This document shows, in pieces, positions 16,122-26,348 of a stretch of DNA of 64,000 nucleotides. Source of the stretch: Candidatus Woesebacteria bacterium (GTDB lineage: Bacteria; Patescibacteriota; Microgenomatia; UBA1400; MFAQ01). The notes under the pieces were generated by a model. The model was not told where the DNA came from and did no database searches. It worked only from the letters and a program-made list of their open reading frames with translations. The stretch is from contig DAOORK010000001.1 of the NCBI GenBank assembly GCA_035389185.1, positions 129,006 through 193,005 of the forward strand, in the 5' to 3' direction. Position 1 is the first letter of the stretch; the number at the start of each line of letters is the position of its first letter. Position numbers and translations under genes: made by a program.

Positions 16122-17477
16122 TTAAGTATACCTGTTTATAAAACTTTTTTCTCTTTGTTTTTGATGAAAAGTTGTGGCAAAACGATGGGCTTCGTCTCTA
16201 ATATTTCGGAATAAGTTTAAGACAGGATCTTCTAGGTTGAGACTAATAGAAGTGACGTGATTTTCTTGGTCGTAGAAGTAAATGGTTTCTCTTTTTTTGG
16301 CTAAGGTGATGACCGGTATATGATCGGGAATTACTGAAGAAACAATGGAAAGCTGGGGTATTCCCCCATCAAGAACGATCAGGTCCGGTGTGCCCCATTC
16401 GGGATGAGTGAACCTTCTGACGAGAATTTGCTTCATCGCATGGGGATCGGAACGATCTGTTTCTCCTCTGATGTTGAAATGTCGATATAAGGATGTCTCT
16501 GCTCGTCCATTGATAAATACAGCCATTGAACCAACATAATTATCGCCTTGGAGGTGGGCCAAATCGTAACACTCGATTCGATAAGGAGAACGAGTTAGTT
16601 TTGGATGATTGAGATTTTTTACTATTTGATATTGAAGTTCATCAGAAGCATCCGAGAGCTTTAATAAAAGACTTGAGTTTTGAGAAGTGAGAGCCTGCTG
16701 AAGACTTTCAATTTGTTTTTTATATATTTCTGCTTTTTCAAAATCTTGTATTTTTATAGCCCGATTAATTTTTTTATAAAGGGAACTGTTTAATTGATTA
16801 AAGTGGCCAGAAAGAAGTCTTTTTATTTGGCCTAAGTGTCTTTGATAGTTGCTATAAGAGATATTGGAGAGACAGGCTCCGGGACATTTGTCTAGGTGAT
16901 GGTTAAAACAAGCTCGATTTTGAGCGTTAAAGGGAGATAGGCAATAGCCAAAAATTCTTCTGGCTTGTTTAAGAATAGTTTCTGCTGCCGCTCCCGAAGT
17001 AAAAGGACCGAATACTTGTTTTTTGTAATCATCAAGATCTAGAGTTTGGATATCTGTGGCATGTATGATTTTAATTTTTGTATCCGGTGAGTTGGTAAAA
17101 ACGATATAGATATTTGATTTACCATCTTTGGTAATGGCATTGTATCGAGGTTTATATTGCTTGATGTAGTTAGCTTCAACGATAACTGCCTCTAAGTCGT
17201 TTCGGACAGTTCGGGTGTAGAGAAACCTGGTCTGGGGGATAAAGTTTGCGGCCTTGGTAGAGCCCTCTCTAAAGCCTTCGTAGTGTTGTTTTAATCGACT
17301 TTTGATATCGATGGATTTACCGATATAAAGAGGTTTTTTGTTTTCGTCTTCGAAGATGTATATTCCTGGCTGCGAGGGCAAATGTTCCCAAAATGATGCC
17401 AATTCCGGCAAAAATAGCTGCCTGTGGGATAGCAGGTTCAATGGAGATATCTTGTTCAAGTCTGAGGCCATTAACAT
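16122..17477 (-). CDS. uvrC: excinuclease ABC subunit C (short form, no C-terminal HhH domain)
   Basis: N-terminal GIY-YIG (PGIYIFED...LYIGKS), UvrB-interaction region, C-terminal RNase H-like endonuclease block (DLAHLQGDNYVGSMAVF ... YRHF); the annotated start overlaps the upstream gene by about 160 nt, so the true start is uncertain. Confidence 0.8.
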   Translation of the reverse strand: MLMASDLNKISPLNLLSHRQLFLPELASFWEHLPSQPGIYIFEDENKKPLYIGKSIDIKSRLKQHYEGFREGSTKAANFIPQTRFLYTRTVRNDLEAVIVEANYIKQYKPRYNAITKDGKSNIYIVFTNSPDTKIKIIHATDIQTLDLDDYKKQVFGPFTSGAAAETILKQARRIFGYCLSPFNAQNRACFNHHLDKCPGACLSNISYSNYQRHLGQIKRLLSGHFNQLNSSLYKKINRAIKIQDFEKAEIYKKQIESLQQALTSQNSSLLLKLSDASDELQYQIVKNLNHPKLTRSPYRIECYDLAHLQGDNYVGSMAVFINGRAETSLYRHFNIRGETDRSDPHAMKQILVRRFTHPEWGTPDLIVLDGGIPQLSIVSSVIPDHIPVITLAKKRETIYFYDQENHVTSISLNLEDPVLNLFRNIRDEAHRFATTFHQKQREKSFINRYT

Positions 17478-19125
17478 AGATTATAGCTTTTGACTTTATT
17501 TTTCCGAAAAATGGAGTTGATTTTAGCTTAATTTTGATGCTTTCCACTCCATATGGAAGAATAACTATTTCTTGCTCAGTTTCTAAAAGATAGTCTGTTT
17601 GGTCGGCAATTATTTTCCCAGTGTAAGAGACTCCCGAGTTGTTGATTATTTGCATGGTGACATATCCCCTATCTTGTTTTAACTGGCGAATTGAAAAAGT
17701 GGGATCAGGAAATTGAATCGGGTCAGACGAGACGATGTTGATGTCTTTTGAATTTTCCATTTTATCTTTATATCCTCCAGCCGGAATAGGATAGTTTGGG
17801 TCAGTCCCATGTATGACAAAGACAATATGATTGAAATCCAGTTTGTTGAAGTAGTCGATGCCTCTTGTAGTACTGGACCAGGTAGGATCAATTTGTATCC
17901 ATGTTTTTTTGTTGCCGTCGTAGTACTCAGGCCAAGAATGAAGAACATCTTGGGTTAATGACAAAGGCTTGAGATCGGGATTCTCGGAGATGGCGTAACC
18001 TTCAAGTTCTCTTGATGGGATACCGGATTTCCGAGCGATACTAACAAAGACATTCGAAAAGTCTGTGCAGATGGCGCTTTGACTATTGATAAGAGATTCT
18101 GCCGCTGGAGTTTTTTGTGATTTTTGACGATTAACTTTGCCGTAGTCGTATTTCATTTTATCTACAATGTAGTCGTAGATTGATTTTGCTGAGGTGAGAT
18201 TTTTTATTTCTGGTGTGGAAAATACACCGTTATCGTAGTTCCAAATTGAATTTGATAACAAGTATGTATCCAGTGGGGCGATGTTGGTTGGTTTTGGCTG
18301 GAAATCCAATTTTAGGTAGAGATTGACGGTGACATCGATCTTTGATTTTGGCGAAAGGTTGTATTTTGCCAATGTGTTTCCATCCTGATCGGTGTAAATC
18401 TGTGTTGGCTGGGGTGTGATTTTTTCGTAGTATACAGTTTGATAGGCTGTATCTGGAGGAATGGCGATGATGGCTTCTGTTTTGATATCCAGGTCGTTTA
18501 CAAGGTGATACTTGAGTTCTCCTTTGAAGTACTGGGTTTGGCCAAAAACGGCACTTACGGGCTTGTTTCCTAATGTATTTCCGCTAAAGTAATAAACATT
18601 ATTTTCTGCTTTGTCGGGTTTGGGATCAACATAGGCAGGTGCAGGAAAATTATCAGGTACTGACAAAATAACTGTTTGACTGGAGACATTTTCATCTACT
18701 TCGAGGCGAGGAATGTTGATTTGCCAGGTACTGCCATTTTTTGTAGCTACGTCGGCTGAATCATACTCAATAACAAAGTGGTGAGTTTTGTCTTTACCGA
18801 CAATTTTGTTGGCGAAGGAAAAGGAAATTGTTGTCTGATTGACTGTTTTAATTACATCGGGGATGACAATAACATTTTGATCAGTGACCTTGACGTTGCT
18901 AATTTTTGTCTGATTAACGTTAAGTCCAAAATCGGTGGCGTAAACGACAGAAAGGTTGTTTTTTTGGTTTATCACATACGAGACATGAGTATTTCCACTA
19001 GGTTCGACACGATAAAAGGTTTGATACTCCGTATTAAACTTGGCGATGGCGCTGACTGACTGGGGGCAAAAAAAGCCATAAAATAGAAGAGCGAAAACAA
19101 ATGCTGAGAGAAACTTCTTCATCAA
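17317..19125 (-). CDS. secreted, C-terminally membrane-anchored transglutaminase-like cysteine protease domain protein
   Basis: Signal peptide; transglutaminase core AICTDFSNVFVSIARKSGIPSRELEGYA with Cys, then HSWPEYY (His) and DPTW (Asp); C-terminal TM helix plus a basic tail. Confidence 0.7.
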   Translation of the reverse strand: MMKKFLSAFVFALLFYGFFCPQSVSAIAKFNTEYQTFYRVEPSGNTHVSYVINQKNNLSVVYATDFGLNVNQTKISNVKVTDQNVIVIPDVIKTVNQTTISFSFANKIVGKDKTHHFVIEYDSADVATKNGSTWQINIPRLEVDENVSSQTVILSVPDNFPAPAYVDPKPDKAENNVYYFSGNTLGNKPVSAVFGQTQYFKGELKYHLVNDLDIKTEAIIAIPPDTAYQTVYYEKITPQPTQIYTDQDGNTLAKYNLSPKSKIDVTVNLYLKLDFQPKPTNIAPLDTYLLSNSIWNYDNGVFSTPEIKNLTSAKSIYDYIVDKMKYDYGKVNRQKSQKTPAAESLINSQSAICTDFSNVFVSIARKSGIPSRELEGYAISENPDLKPLSLTQDVLHSWPEYYDGNKKTWIQIDPTWSSTTRGIDYFNKLDFNHIVFVIHGTDPNYPIPAGGYKDKMENSKDINIVSSDPIQFPDPTFSIRQLKQDRGYVTMQIINNSGVSYTGKIIADQTDYLLETEQEIVILPYGVESIKIKLKSTPFFGKIKSKAIIYVNGLRLEQDISIEPAIPQAAIFAGIGIILGTFALAARNIHLRRRKQKTSLYR

Positions 19126-19131
19126 TTGATA

Positions 19132-22053
19132 TTACAACAGTTTTTTTAGCTCCTCGGCTGTTGGGGTATCAAAGTTATCAGTAATTTTTTTTGGTGAGCC
19201 AGAGGCAATAATTTCTCCGCCCTTGTTGCCTCCTTCGGGACCCATGTCAATTACAAAATCGGCATTCTTAATAACATCCAGATTGTGTTCGATGACGATG
19301 ACAGTGTTGTTTTGGTTAACAAGATCAACCAACGTCTGCACTAGTTTGTTTAGATCATCGAAGTGAAGACCTGTGGTTGGTTCATCTAGAATATAAACAG
19401 TGTGTCCATTACCTGTTTTGCTAAGTTCGGTGGCCAGTTTGACTCTTTGGGCTTCTCCTCCGGAAAGTGTTGGTGCCGGCTGACCCATCTTGATATAGCC
19501 AAGACCAACTTTTCTGATGGTCTCTAATTTTTTGCTGATGGTTGGAATGTTGCGGAAAAAGATGGCCGCTTCATCCATGGTCATATTTAGTACATCGGCA
19601 ATATTTTTTCCTTTGTATTGAACTTCAAGAGTGGGTTCATTAAAGCGAGTTCCCTTGCAGGTCTCACAGGTAATATATATGTCACCCAAAAACTGCATTT
19701 CTATTTTGATAACACCATCTCCCTGACAGGTTTCACAGCGACCACCTTTGGTATTGAAGCTAAATCTGCCTGGTCCGTAGCCTCTGTAGTGAGCTTCTTG
19801 GGTATTGGCAAACAAGGCTCTGATGTGATCGAAAACTTTGGTGTAAGTGGCTGGATTACTGCGAGGAGTTTTTCCGATTGGACTTTGGTCAATTAAAGAA
19901 ACTCTTTTTACGGCATCGGGAATCATGATTGAACCAAAACTAATATCTTGCTTACGGTGCATTGAGTTTAATCTTTGGGAAAGAGCCTCGTAAAGTGTGT
20001 CCACAACCAGAGATGACTTACCAGATCCCGAGACGCCTGTAACAGCGATTAATCTGTTGAGCGGGAAATCGGCATCGATATTTTTTAGATTGTGGTGAGT
20101 ACAGCCCTCAAGTCTGATTTGACCGAGACTGTCGGCAGGATTTTTGGGTTTTTTGGCGACGATTTGTTTTTTGCCAGATAAGTATTGGCCGGTAATGCAG
20201 TCAGATTTTTTCATTTCGGCAACACTACCCTCAAAAGTAACCTTACCGCCGAATTCTCCAGCATGAGGCCCAAATTCGACCAGGTGTTCGGCGGACTCGA
20301 TTGTTTGCTGGTCGTGTTCTACGACAATAAGGGAGTTACCCAAACTAACAAGATCTTGCAGTGTTTTTATTAGCTTAGCGTTGTCTCTTTGGTGCAAGCC
20401 AATTGTGGGTTCATCAAGAACATAGAGAATACCGGTGAGGTGTGAGCCTATTTGACTCGCAAGACGAATGCGTTGTAGTTCTCCGCCAGATAATGTGCCT
20501 GATTCGCGACCAAGAGTAAGGTAGCTTAATCCAACCGAGGATAGGAAGTTTAGACGATCCTTGATTTCTTTGACGATTGGTTCACTGATTTGTTTTTCCA
20601 TTTCGGTTAATTTGGAGTTTAGGTCTTGGAAAAACTTAACGTTGTTTTCAATAGATGTTTTGGTTACTTCACTAATTGATTGGCCATCAACATGGATTGC
20701 CAAAACCTCGGGTTTTAGTCTGGTACCCAAACACACAGGACAAGTCTTTTTGATCATGTATCGTTCGATCTCATCTTTTAGCGCTTCAGATGATGTCTCG
20801 GCGTAGCGTCTTTCAAATTCCTTGGCTAAACCTTCATATTTACTTTTCCAAGAAACGATCTTCCCGTAGCGATTTGCACCTTTGACGGAGTAGATTTTGT
20901 CACCGGTACCTTCGAATAAGACCTTCTGTTGTTCGGGAGACATCTCTGAAAGAGGGGCATTGGCGGCAAAACCTACGGAGGCAAGAGCTTCAATAATAAG
21001 TTTGGCAAGCCATGAACGCATCTCGAATTGGGCGGCTAGAGGAATGATGCCTCCTTCAAGTAAGGTTAACGAGGGTGAAATAATACTTTCGGTGTCAAGA
21101 ATCATCTTGGTTCCCAGACCGGTACACTCAGGACAGGCGCCATCCGGGGCATTAAATGAAAAATAGCGTGGTTCTATTTCGGGTATAGAAATGTTGCATA
21201 CAGGACAGGCAAGTTTTTGCGAGAATAGATGATCTTCTGTTTGTTCGGGATTGTCCGGGAAGCTTAGCGATGGATCGCTAACGACAGAGACAACAACTTC
21301 ACCATCGGCAATCTTGAGTGATTGTTCCAAAGAGTCGATAAGACGCTGTTTTTCGTACTCAACTTGACCGCCGACTTGACCAATGACCAGTTTGTCGATG
21401 ACCGCGTCTATTTGGTGACGATTATTTTTGAATAAGGTTAAGGTGGACTGAGTAGAGAGTATTTTTCCATCGACACGTACTTGGGAAATTCCCTGTTTGA
21501 AAAGATTGGGAAAAAGGTCAGAAAACTCACCTTTTTGGTTTTTAACTATTGGGGCCAGAATTAGAATGCGAGTCCCCTTTTGTTTGCTGTATGAAGGATG
21601 AGTTTGAGCCATTTCTACAACAGCTTTGTAGATCTGATTGATGTCTTGGGGCGTGATTTCGCGACCGCATTTGGGACAGTGAGGATGACCGATACGGGCA
21701 AACAGGAGACGGAGATAATCGTAGATCTCGGTTACTGTACCGACGGTACTACGGGGATTGTGGCTCCCTTGTTTTTGATCGATCAGAATAGCTGGAGAAA
21801 GACCTTCAATCTGGTCAACGTCTGGTTTGTCCATGACACCCAAAAATTGACGGGCATAAGAGCTGAGTGACTCGACATAGCGACGCTGGCCTTCGGCATA
21901 AATTGTGTCGTGAGCCATACTAGACTTACCACTGCCTGAAACACCAGTGAAAACCACCAGTTTGTTCTTGGGAATAGTCAAGTCAACGTTTTTGAGGTTG
22001 TGTTGACGAGATCCTTTGATAATAAGATGAGTTGATGGTGAAATTTCCGGCAT
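19132..22053 (-). CDS. uvrA: excinuclease ABC subunit A
   Basis: 973 aa; two ABC ATPase modules (GVSGSGKSS twice, LSGGE signatures) and zinc-finger Cys clusters. Confidence 0.95.
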   Translation of the reverse strand: MPEISPSTHLIIKGSRQHNLKNVDLTIPKNKLVVFTGVSGSGKSSMAHDTIYAEGQRRYVESLSSYARQFLGVMDKPDVDQIEGLSPAILIDQKQGSHNPRSTVGTVTEIYDYLRLLFARIGHPHCPKCGREITPQDINQIYKAVVEMAQTHPSYSKQKGTRILILAPIVKNQKGEFSDLFPNLFKQGISQVRVDGKILSTQSTLTLFKNNRHQIDAVIDKLVIGQVGGQVEYEKQRLIDSLEQSLKIADGEVVVSVVSDPSLSFPDNPEQTEDHLFSQKLACPVCNISIPEIEPRYFSFNAPDGACPECTGLGTKMILDTESIISPSLTLLEGGIIPLAAQFEMRSWLAKLIIEALASVGFAANAPLSEMSPEQQKVLFEGTGDKIYSVKGANRYGKIVSWKSKYEGLAKEFERRYAETSSEALKDEIERYMIKKTCPVCLGTRLKPEVLAIHVDGQSISEVTKTSIENNVKFFQDLNSKLTEMEKQISEPIVKEIKDRLNFLSSVGLSYLTLGRESGTLSGGELQRIRLASQIGSHLTGILYVLDEPTIGLHQRDNAKLIKTLQDLVSLGNSLIVVEHDQQTIESAEHLVEFGPHAGEFGGKVTFEGSVAEMKKSDCITGQYLSGKKQIVAKKPKNPADSLGQIRLEGCTHHNLKNIDADFPLNRLIAVTGVSGSGKSSLVVDTLYEALSQRLNSMHRKQDISFGSIMIPDAVKRVSLIDQSPIGKTPRSNPATYTKVFDHIRALFANTQEAHYRGYGPGRFSFNTKGGRCETCQGDGVIKIEMQFLGDIYITCETCKGTRFNEPTLEVQYKGKNIADVLNMTMDEAAIFFRNIPTISKKLETIRKVGLGYIKMGQPAPTLSGGEAQRVKLATELSKTGNGHTVYILDEPTTGLHFDDLNKLVQTLVDLVNQNNTVIVIEHNLDVIKNADFVIDMGPEGGNKGGEIIASGSPKKITDNFDTPTAEELKKLL

Positions 22054-22100
22054 AACAGCCTATTCTAACATTTTTTACCTTAGATTACCCGAAGGATAAA

Positions 22101-22640
22101 TTATAGTGTTCTGGCCAAAGCATTGTAACGGTTTTCTTTTGCTAAGCCAAACGATTCAAGACCTTTTTTTATGGCCATAATTTGTACTAAACCAATACTT
22201 ATATCTCGAGCAATATTGAATTTCTTCATAATATAGTTTCTAGCTCTGTCATGATAAGAACCACGGAGTTGATCATATCCGATAGCGTCATACTGATCTT
22301 GATGAGTGACGTGATGTTTTAGCAAAGAAAAATATTCATCCAGAGGATTAATTTCGGATGAGTTTCCACTGTAAATATTTTTTTTATAGTCAAGCATAAC
22401 ATCCTCATCTTCGGCAAAATGAATCAGACAAAGGCGTGCTTTTTCGTCAGACTCAAACAAATCTCGCATTTCATAAGGGTAATCTTCGCTGTATGTTTTT
22501 CCACTCTTGAAGTTAGCGAACCCCTTTTTATATTGTTCACTTTGACGAAAGTTTTCTACATATTCGACGGGATCAATAAAAACTTTGTTGTTGTCGATTT
22601 CATTTTGTACGTTTTGTATTTCCGTTAGGGTATTATCCAT
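22101..22640 (-). CDS. hypothetical protein
   Basis: 179-aa ORF, no recognisable motifs. Confidence 0.5.
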   Translation of the reverse strand: MDNTLTEIQNVQNEIDNNKVFIDPVEYVENFRQSEQYKKGFANFKSGKTYSEDYPYEMRDLFESDEKARLCLIHFAEDEDVMLDYKKNIYSGNSSEINPLDEYFSLLKHHVTHQDQYDAIGYDQLRGSYHDRARNYIMKKFNIARDISIGLVQIMAIKKGLESFGLAKENRYNALARTL

Positions 22641-22648
22641 GGATAATA

Positions 22649-24697
22649 TTAACTTATTTTTTTAAGCGTGTCACGATATCGAGCGGCAAGCTCGAAGTTC
22701 CAGGAGTTGGCGGCGATGGTCATCATCTTTTTTAGCTTGATAGAGAGGGCCTTTTTCTTTTGAGGTGTCAGTGATTCGGGGTTGATATCATCTATTTCTG
22801 TCCAGCCAAACTCGGCCAGTTCTTTAATTCTGGGAGCCGGAGACGCGGAATCTCGATGCAAGAGGGCCTCTCGAATAGGTTTAACAATACCGATTGGAGT
22901 GATGTTGTGGTCCAGATTATATTGATATTGGACCTGACGACGTCTTTGGGTTTCTTCAATGGCTATCTTCATAGAGTTTGAAACTCTATTGGCGTAAAGA
23001 ATTACATGTCCGTTGACATGTCTGGCGGCTCTACCCATGGTTTGAATTAAAGCAGTCGGGGTACGTAAAAAGCCTTCTTTGTCGGCGTCAAGGATAGCCA
23101 CAAGGGATACTTCGGGAAGATCTAGGCCTTCGCGAAGGAGATTAATACCCACCAAACAGTCAAAGTTTCCCAGACGAAGATTTTCGAGGATGTCGGAGCG
23201 ATCTAGGGTTTTGATATCCGAGTGGAGATACTCTACTTTGAGTCCGTATTTGGTTTTGAGGTGTTCTGACAAATCTTCGGCCATTTTTTTGGTGAGAGTA
23301 AGAACAAGAGATCTCTCCCCCTTCTCCTTTCTCATTTTTAGTTCGTTTGAGAGGTCGTCTATCTGACCGGTAACCGGCCTGACTTCGACATCTGGATCGA
23401 GTAATCCGGTTGGTCTGATTAGCTGTTCGGCTATGGTAGGTATCTGACTGGCTTTGGATAGAGATAGCTCATACTCTGATGGAGTTGCAGAACAGTATAG
23501 AGTTTGCGGGGTACGAGATTGAAATTCGGTAAAGGTGAGAGGCCGATTGTCTTTGGCACTAGGAAGTCGGAAACCAAAATTGATGAGGTTCTCTTTTCGA
23601 GCTTGATCTCCGTTGTACATGCCTCTAATCTGAGGCAGACTAATATGCGATTCGTCGATGACGGTAAGGAAGTTTGGCAGATTGAACTTTTTGACGTTGT
23701 AGTGAAAATATTCTAAAAGAGAGTAAGGTGGGTCTCCTGGTTTACGGCCATCAAAATAACGGGAGTAGTTTTCGATACCGTTGACGTAACCGACTTCTTC
23801 TAGCATAGAGAGGTCGTAGTTAACTTTTTGTTCCAAGCGATAAGCTTCAATAGTTTTGCCAATACTTTTGAAGTAAGAGATTTGCTTATCCATGTCGGAG
23901 CGAATTAGCGCGACAGCATCAGTTTGGGTTTTGGGGTCGGTAAGGAACAGCTTGGCCGGATTGATAGTAATGAGGCCAGTTTTCTCAAGATCCGGGTCTT
24001 CAATTTTGGTAAAGTTGTAGGGTTCTAGAATGGTGATGTTTTCAAGAGTAGTTGGACTAAAAGTCATGGAAATGACGATGTCCTTGTAAGAGGGATAAAG
24101 CTGTATATTGGAACCGATAACTCTAAAAGTACCTCTTGTAAGCTCTGCGTTTGTTCTTTGGTACTGAAGATCGGCGAGGCGACGGATAACGGTTTCTCGA
24201 GAGATTACTTGACCTTTGGTTAGGGTGAGTATGTATTTTTCCTGATCTTCCGGTGAGCCGATGTTGTAAATACAGGAAACAGAAGCAATAACGATACTGT
24301 CTGGCCGTGAAAGAAGGTTGGCTGTGGTTGTTAGACGAAGTCTGTCGATCTCCGGATTGATATCTGCCTCCTTTTCGATATAGGTATCTGTTTGAGGAAT
24401 GTAGGCTTCCGGTTGGTAATAATCGTAGTAACTAACAAAATAAGAAACGGCATTGTCGGGGAAATAATCACGAAACTCCTGGTAGAGTTGACTGGCTAAA
24501 GTTTTGTTGTGACAGACAATGAGAGTGGGTAGCTGAACTTTCTCAATTACTTTGGCAACGGTGAATGTTTTCCCTGAGCCGGTGACTCCGAGCAGGGTTT
24601 GATGTGTATTTCCTGAGGAGATGGCCTGAGAAAGCTGCTCAATTGCTTGAGGTTGATCTCCTGTCGGCTGGTAGTCGGACTTTATTTTGAATTGCAC
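22649..24697 (-). CDS. uvrB: excinuclease ABC subunit B
   Basis: N-terminal helicase motif TGSGKTFT, UvrB interaction and beta-hairpin regions, C-terminal UVR domain; GTG start. Confidence 0.95.
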   Translation of the reverse strand: MQFKIKSDYQPTGDQPQAIEQLSQAISSGNTHQTLLGVTGSGKTFTVAKVIEKVQLPTLIVCHNKTLASQLYQEFRDYFPDNAVSYFVSYYDYYQPEAYIPQTDTYIEKEADINPEIDRLRLTTTANLLSRPDSIVIASVSCIYNIGSPEDQEKYILTLTKGQVISRETVIRRLADLQYQRTNAELTRGTFRVIGSNIQLYPSYKDIVISMTFSPTTLENITILEPYNFTKIEDPDLEKTGLITINPAKLFLTDPKTQTDAVALIRSDMDKQISYFKSIGKTIEAYRLEQKVNYDLSMLEEVGYVNGIENYSRYFDGRKPGDPPYSLLEYFHYNVKKFNLPNFLTVIDESHISLPQIRGMYNGDQARKENLINFGFRLPSAKDNRPLTFTEFQSRTPQTLYCSATPSEYELSLSKASQIPTIAEQLIRPTGLLDPDVEVRPVTGQIDDLSNELKMRKEKGERSLVLTLTKKMAEDLSEHLKTKYGLKVEYLHSDIKTLDRSDILENLRLGNFDCLVGINLLREGLDLPEVSLVAILDADKEGFLRTPTALIQTMGRAARHVNGHVILYANRVSNSMKIAIEETQRRRQVQYQYNLDHNITPIGIVKPIREALLHRDSASPAPRIKELAEFGWTEIDDINPESLTPQKKKALSIKLKKMMTIAANSWNFELAARYRDTLKKIS

Positions 24698-24760
24698 AAC
24701 TATATTTTACCCGAAAAAAGCCCCATTGACTTTTGGGTATTGTTTGGTAATAATGGATTC
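24698..24760. promoter_or_regulatory. divergent uvrB-lexA intergenic region carrying a candidate operator (TTCGGGTAAAATATAG in uvrB orientation)
   Basis: The same TTCGGGTAA core sits about 32 nt upstream of the uvrA start (22085-22093, minus orientation); a shared motif upstream of two SOS genes and beside lexA. Confidence 0.3.
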
Positions 24761-25381
24761 ATGACCGTAACACTTTATCGAAGACAGAGACAGATCGTGG
24801 AGTTTATTTCTCAGTTTATCCAAAAAAATGGTTACTCCCCTACTCTTTCTGAAATAGCTGTGGCAATAGGAGTATCTTCTTTGGCTACTGTTCACGAACA
24901 TCTCCAAGCACTTGAGAAAAAAGGAATCATCAAGAAATTTGATGGTGCTATCCGGGGTATCTCTTTGGTAGATACAAATGGAGCGGAAGCTAATTCGGTG
25001 GAGTTACCCATTTTGGGATTTATTGCCGCCGGAAGGCCGATTGAGCCTTTGACAGATCCAAATGCTTCAATGAAGGTAGCCTCGTCAATGATCTCCGGGA
25101 AAAAGAGAGCCTTTGTCCTGCAAGTTAAGGGCGACTCAATGATTGAAGAAGGCATTTTTGACCACGATTATGTGATTATTGAAGAGTGCGACATTTCTGG
25201 AGTCAAGGATGGCGATATTGTGGTGGCTTTATTGGAAAATGGTTTGGCTACCCTAAAAAGATTTTTTAAGGAAAGAACTCGAGTCCGTTTGGAACCTGCA
25301 AACTCGTCAATGTCCCCTATTTTTGCCATCAACGTAAAGGTTCAGGGAAAATGTGTTGGTGTTATCCGTAAGTTTAGCTAA
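24761..25381 (+). CDS. lexA: LexA repressor (S24 peptidase)
   Basis: N-terminal winged HTH, then the S24 catalytic region VKGDSM (Ser) with a downstream catalytic Lys (LKRF); start chosen at MTVTLY to avoid overlapping uvrB. Confidence 0.8.
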   Translation: MTVTLYRRQRQIVEFISQFIQKNGYSPTLSEIAVAIGVSSLATVHEHLQALEKKGIIKKFDGAIRGISLVDTNGAEANSVELPILGFIAAGRPIEPLTDPNASMKVASSMISGKKRAFVLQVKGDSMIEEGIFDHDYVIIEECDISGVKDGDIVVALLENGLATLKRFFKERTRVRLEPANSSMSPIFAINVKVQGKCVGVIRKFS

Positions 25382-26082
25382 TGAAATTATTTATTGTTGG
25401 GTTACCGATCGGAAACATTGAGGATATTTCTTTGCGTGCTCTAAGGGTATTGCAGGAGACAAAGTATTTGATCTGTGAAGATACAAGAATGTTTAACAAT
25501 TTATGGAGCAAATTGATGCAACTTGATTTGGCAAAAAAATTCGAAGGTAAGATTCACTTTATCAATGATTTTAATGAGTACAAGGAACTCCCCAGAGTTT
25601 TGGCAGAAGTTTGCTCGTTGGAGTCGGCAGTGCTAGTTTCGGACGCCGGAATGCCCCTTATTTCCGATCCTGGCTATAAATTGGTAAGACAGGCAATCGA
25701 CAATGGTTGGGAGATTGATGTGGTGCCTGGTCCGACGGCCGAAAGTGCGGCTTTGGCTGTCTCCGGATTACCTACTGATCGATACCTGTTTTTGGGATTT
25801 TTGAATAAGAAACCCGGTAAGCGATTGGACTCGCTGAAAGTGGTCAAGGAAATGGGAAAACTGTCAAAGCTGACGGCAGTTATCTATGAATCTCCGATGC
25901 GTATTCAAAAGATTATGCCTGATGTTATTTCTATTTTTGGTGAAGATGCACCTGCGTGTTTGGCAGTTGATCTGACTAAGGTCTCACAAAAGATATTAAG
26001 AGGCTCTTTGACCGAGTTAAGTGATATGGTGGCTACAAAGAAGATTAAGGGTGAGTTGGTTCTATTGATCTCGGTCGAATAA
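25381..26082 (+). CDS. rsmI: 16S rRNA (cytidine1402-2'-O)-methyltransferase RsmI (tetrapyrrole-methylase fold)
   Basis: N-terminus LFIVGLPIGNIEDISLRALRVL ... ICEDTR is typical of RsmI. Confidence 0.8.
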   Translation: MKLFIVGLPIGNIEDISLRALRVLQETKYLICEDTRMFNNLWSKLMQLDLAKKFEGKIHFINDFNEYKELPRVLAEVCSLESAVLVSDAGMPLISDPGYKLVRQAIDNGWEIDVVPGPTAESAALAVSGLPTDRYLFLGFLNKKPGKRLDSLKVVKEMGKLSKLTAVIYESPMRIQKIMPDVISIFGEDAPACLAVDLTKVSQKILRGSLTELSDMVATKKIKGELVLLISVE

Positions 26083-26086
26083 AAAA

Positions 26087-26110
26087 CCGTCTGCCTAAGG
26101 CAGACGGTTT
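26087..26110. terminator. bidirectional terminator
   Basis: ccgtctgcc-taa-ggcagacgg hairpin flanked by A6 and T-run. Confidence 0.55.
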
Positions 26111-26301
26111 AAGTCAGTTCCAAACTTGATCATGGCCGAGAAAAGGAAATTGTTCAAGGATGGATTATATGAAGGAGAGACGTAGACTACGTCTGTCTGA
26201 TTACCTTTTTCAATCAACTTTCTTAGTTCTGCATTCACACTTTTTGTTAATGTTTCTTGGCTTTCAGATGAAAGGATTATAACCAGCATTTTAGCCTCCA
26301 A
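26095..26301 (-). CDS. hypothetical small protein (doubtful)
   Basis: 68-aa ORF whose 3' end overlaps the terminator hairpin; it may be spurious. Confidence 0.2.
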   Translation of the reverse strand: MEAKMLVIILSSESQETLTKSVNAELRKLIEKGNQTDVVYVSPSYNPSLNNFLFSAMIKFGTDLNRLP

Positions 26302-26348
26302 TGGTAAGATATGACTGTATTATATAGGATAGTCCTCAAAAAGTCAAG

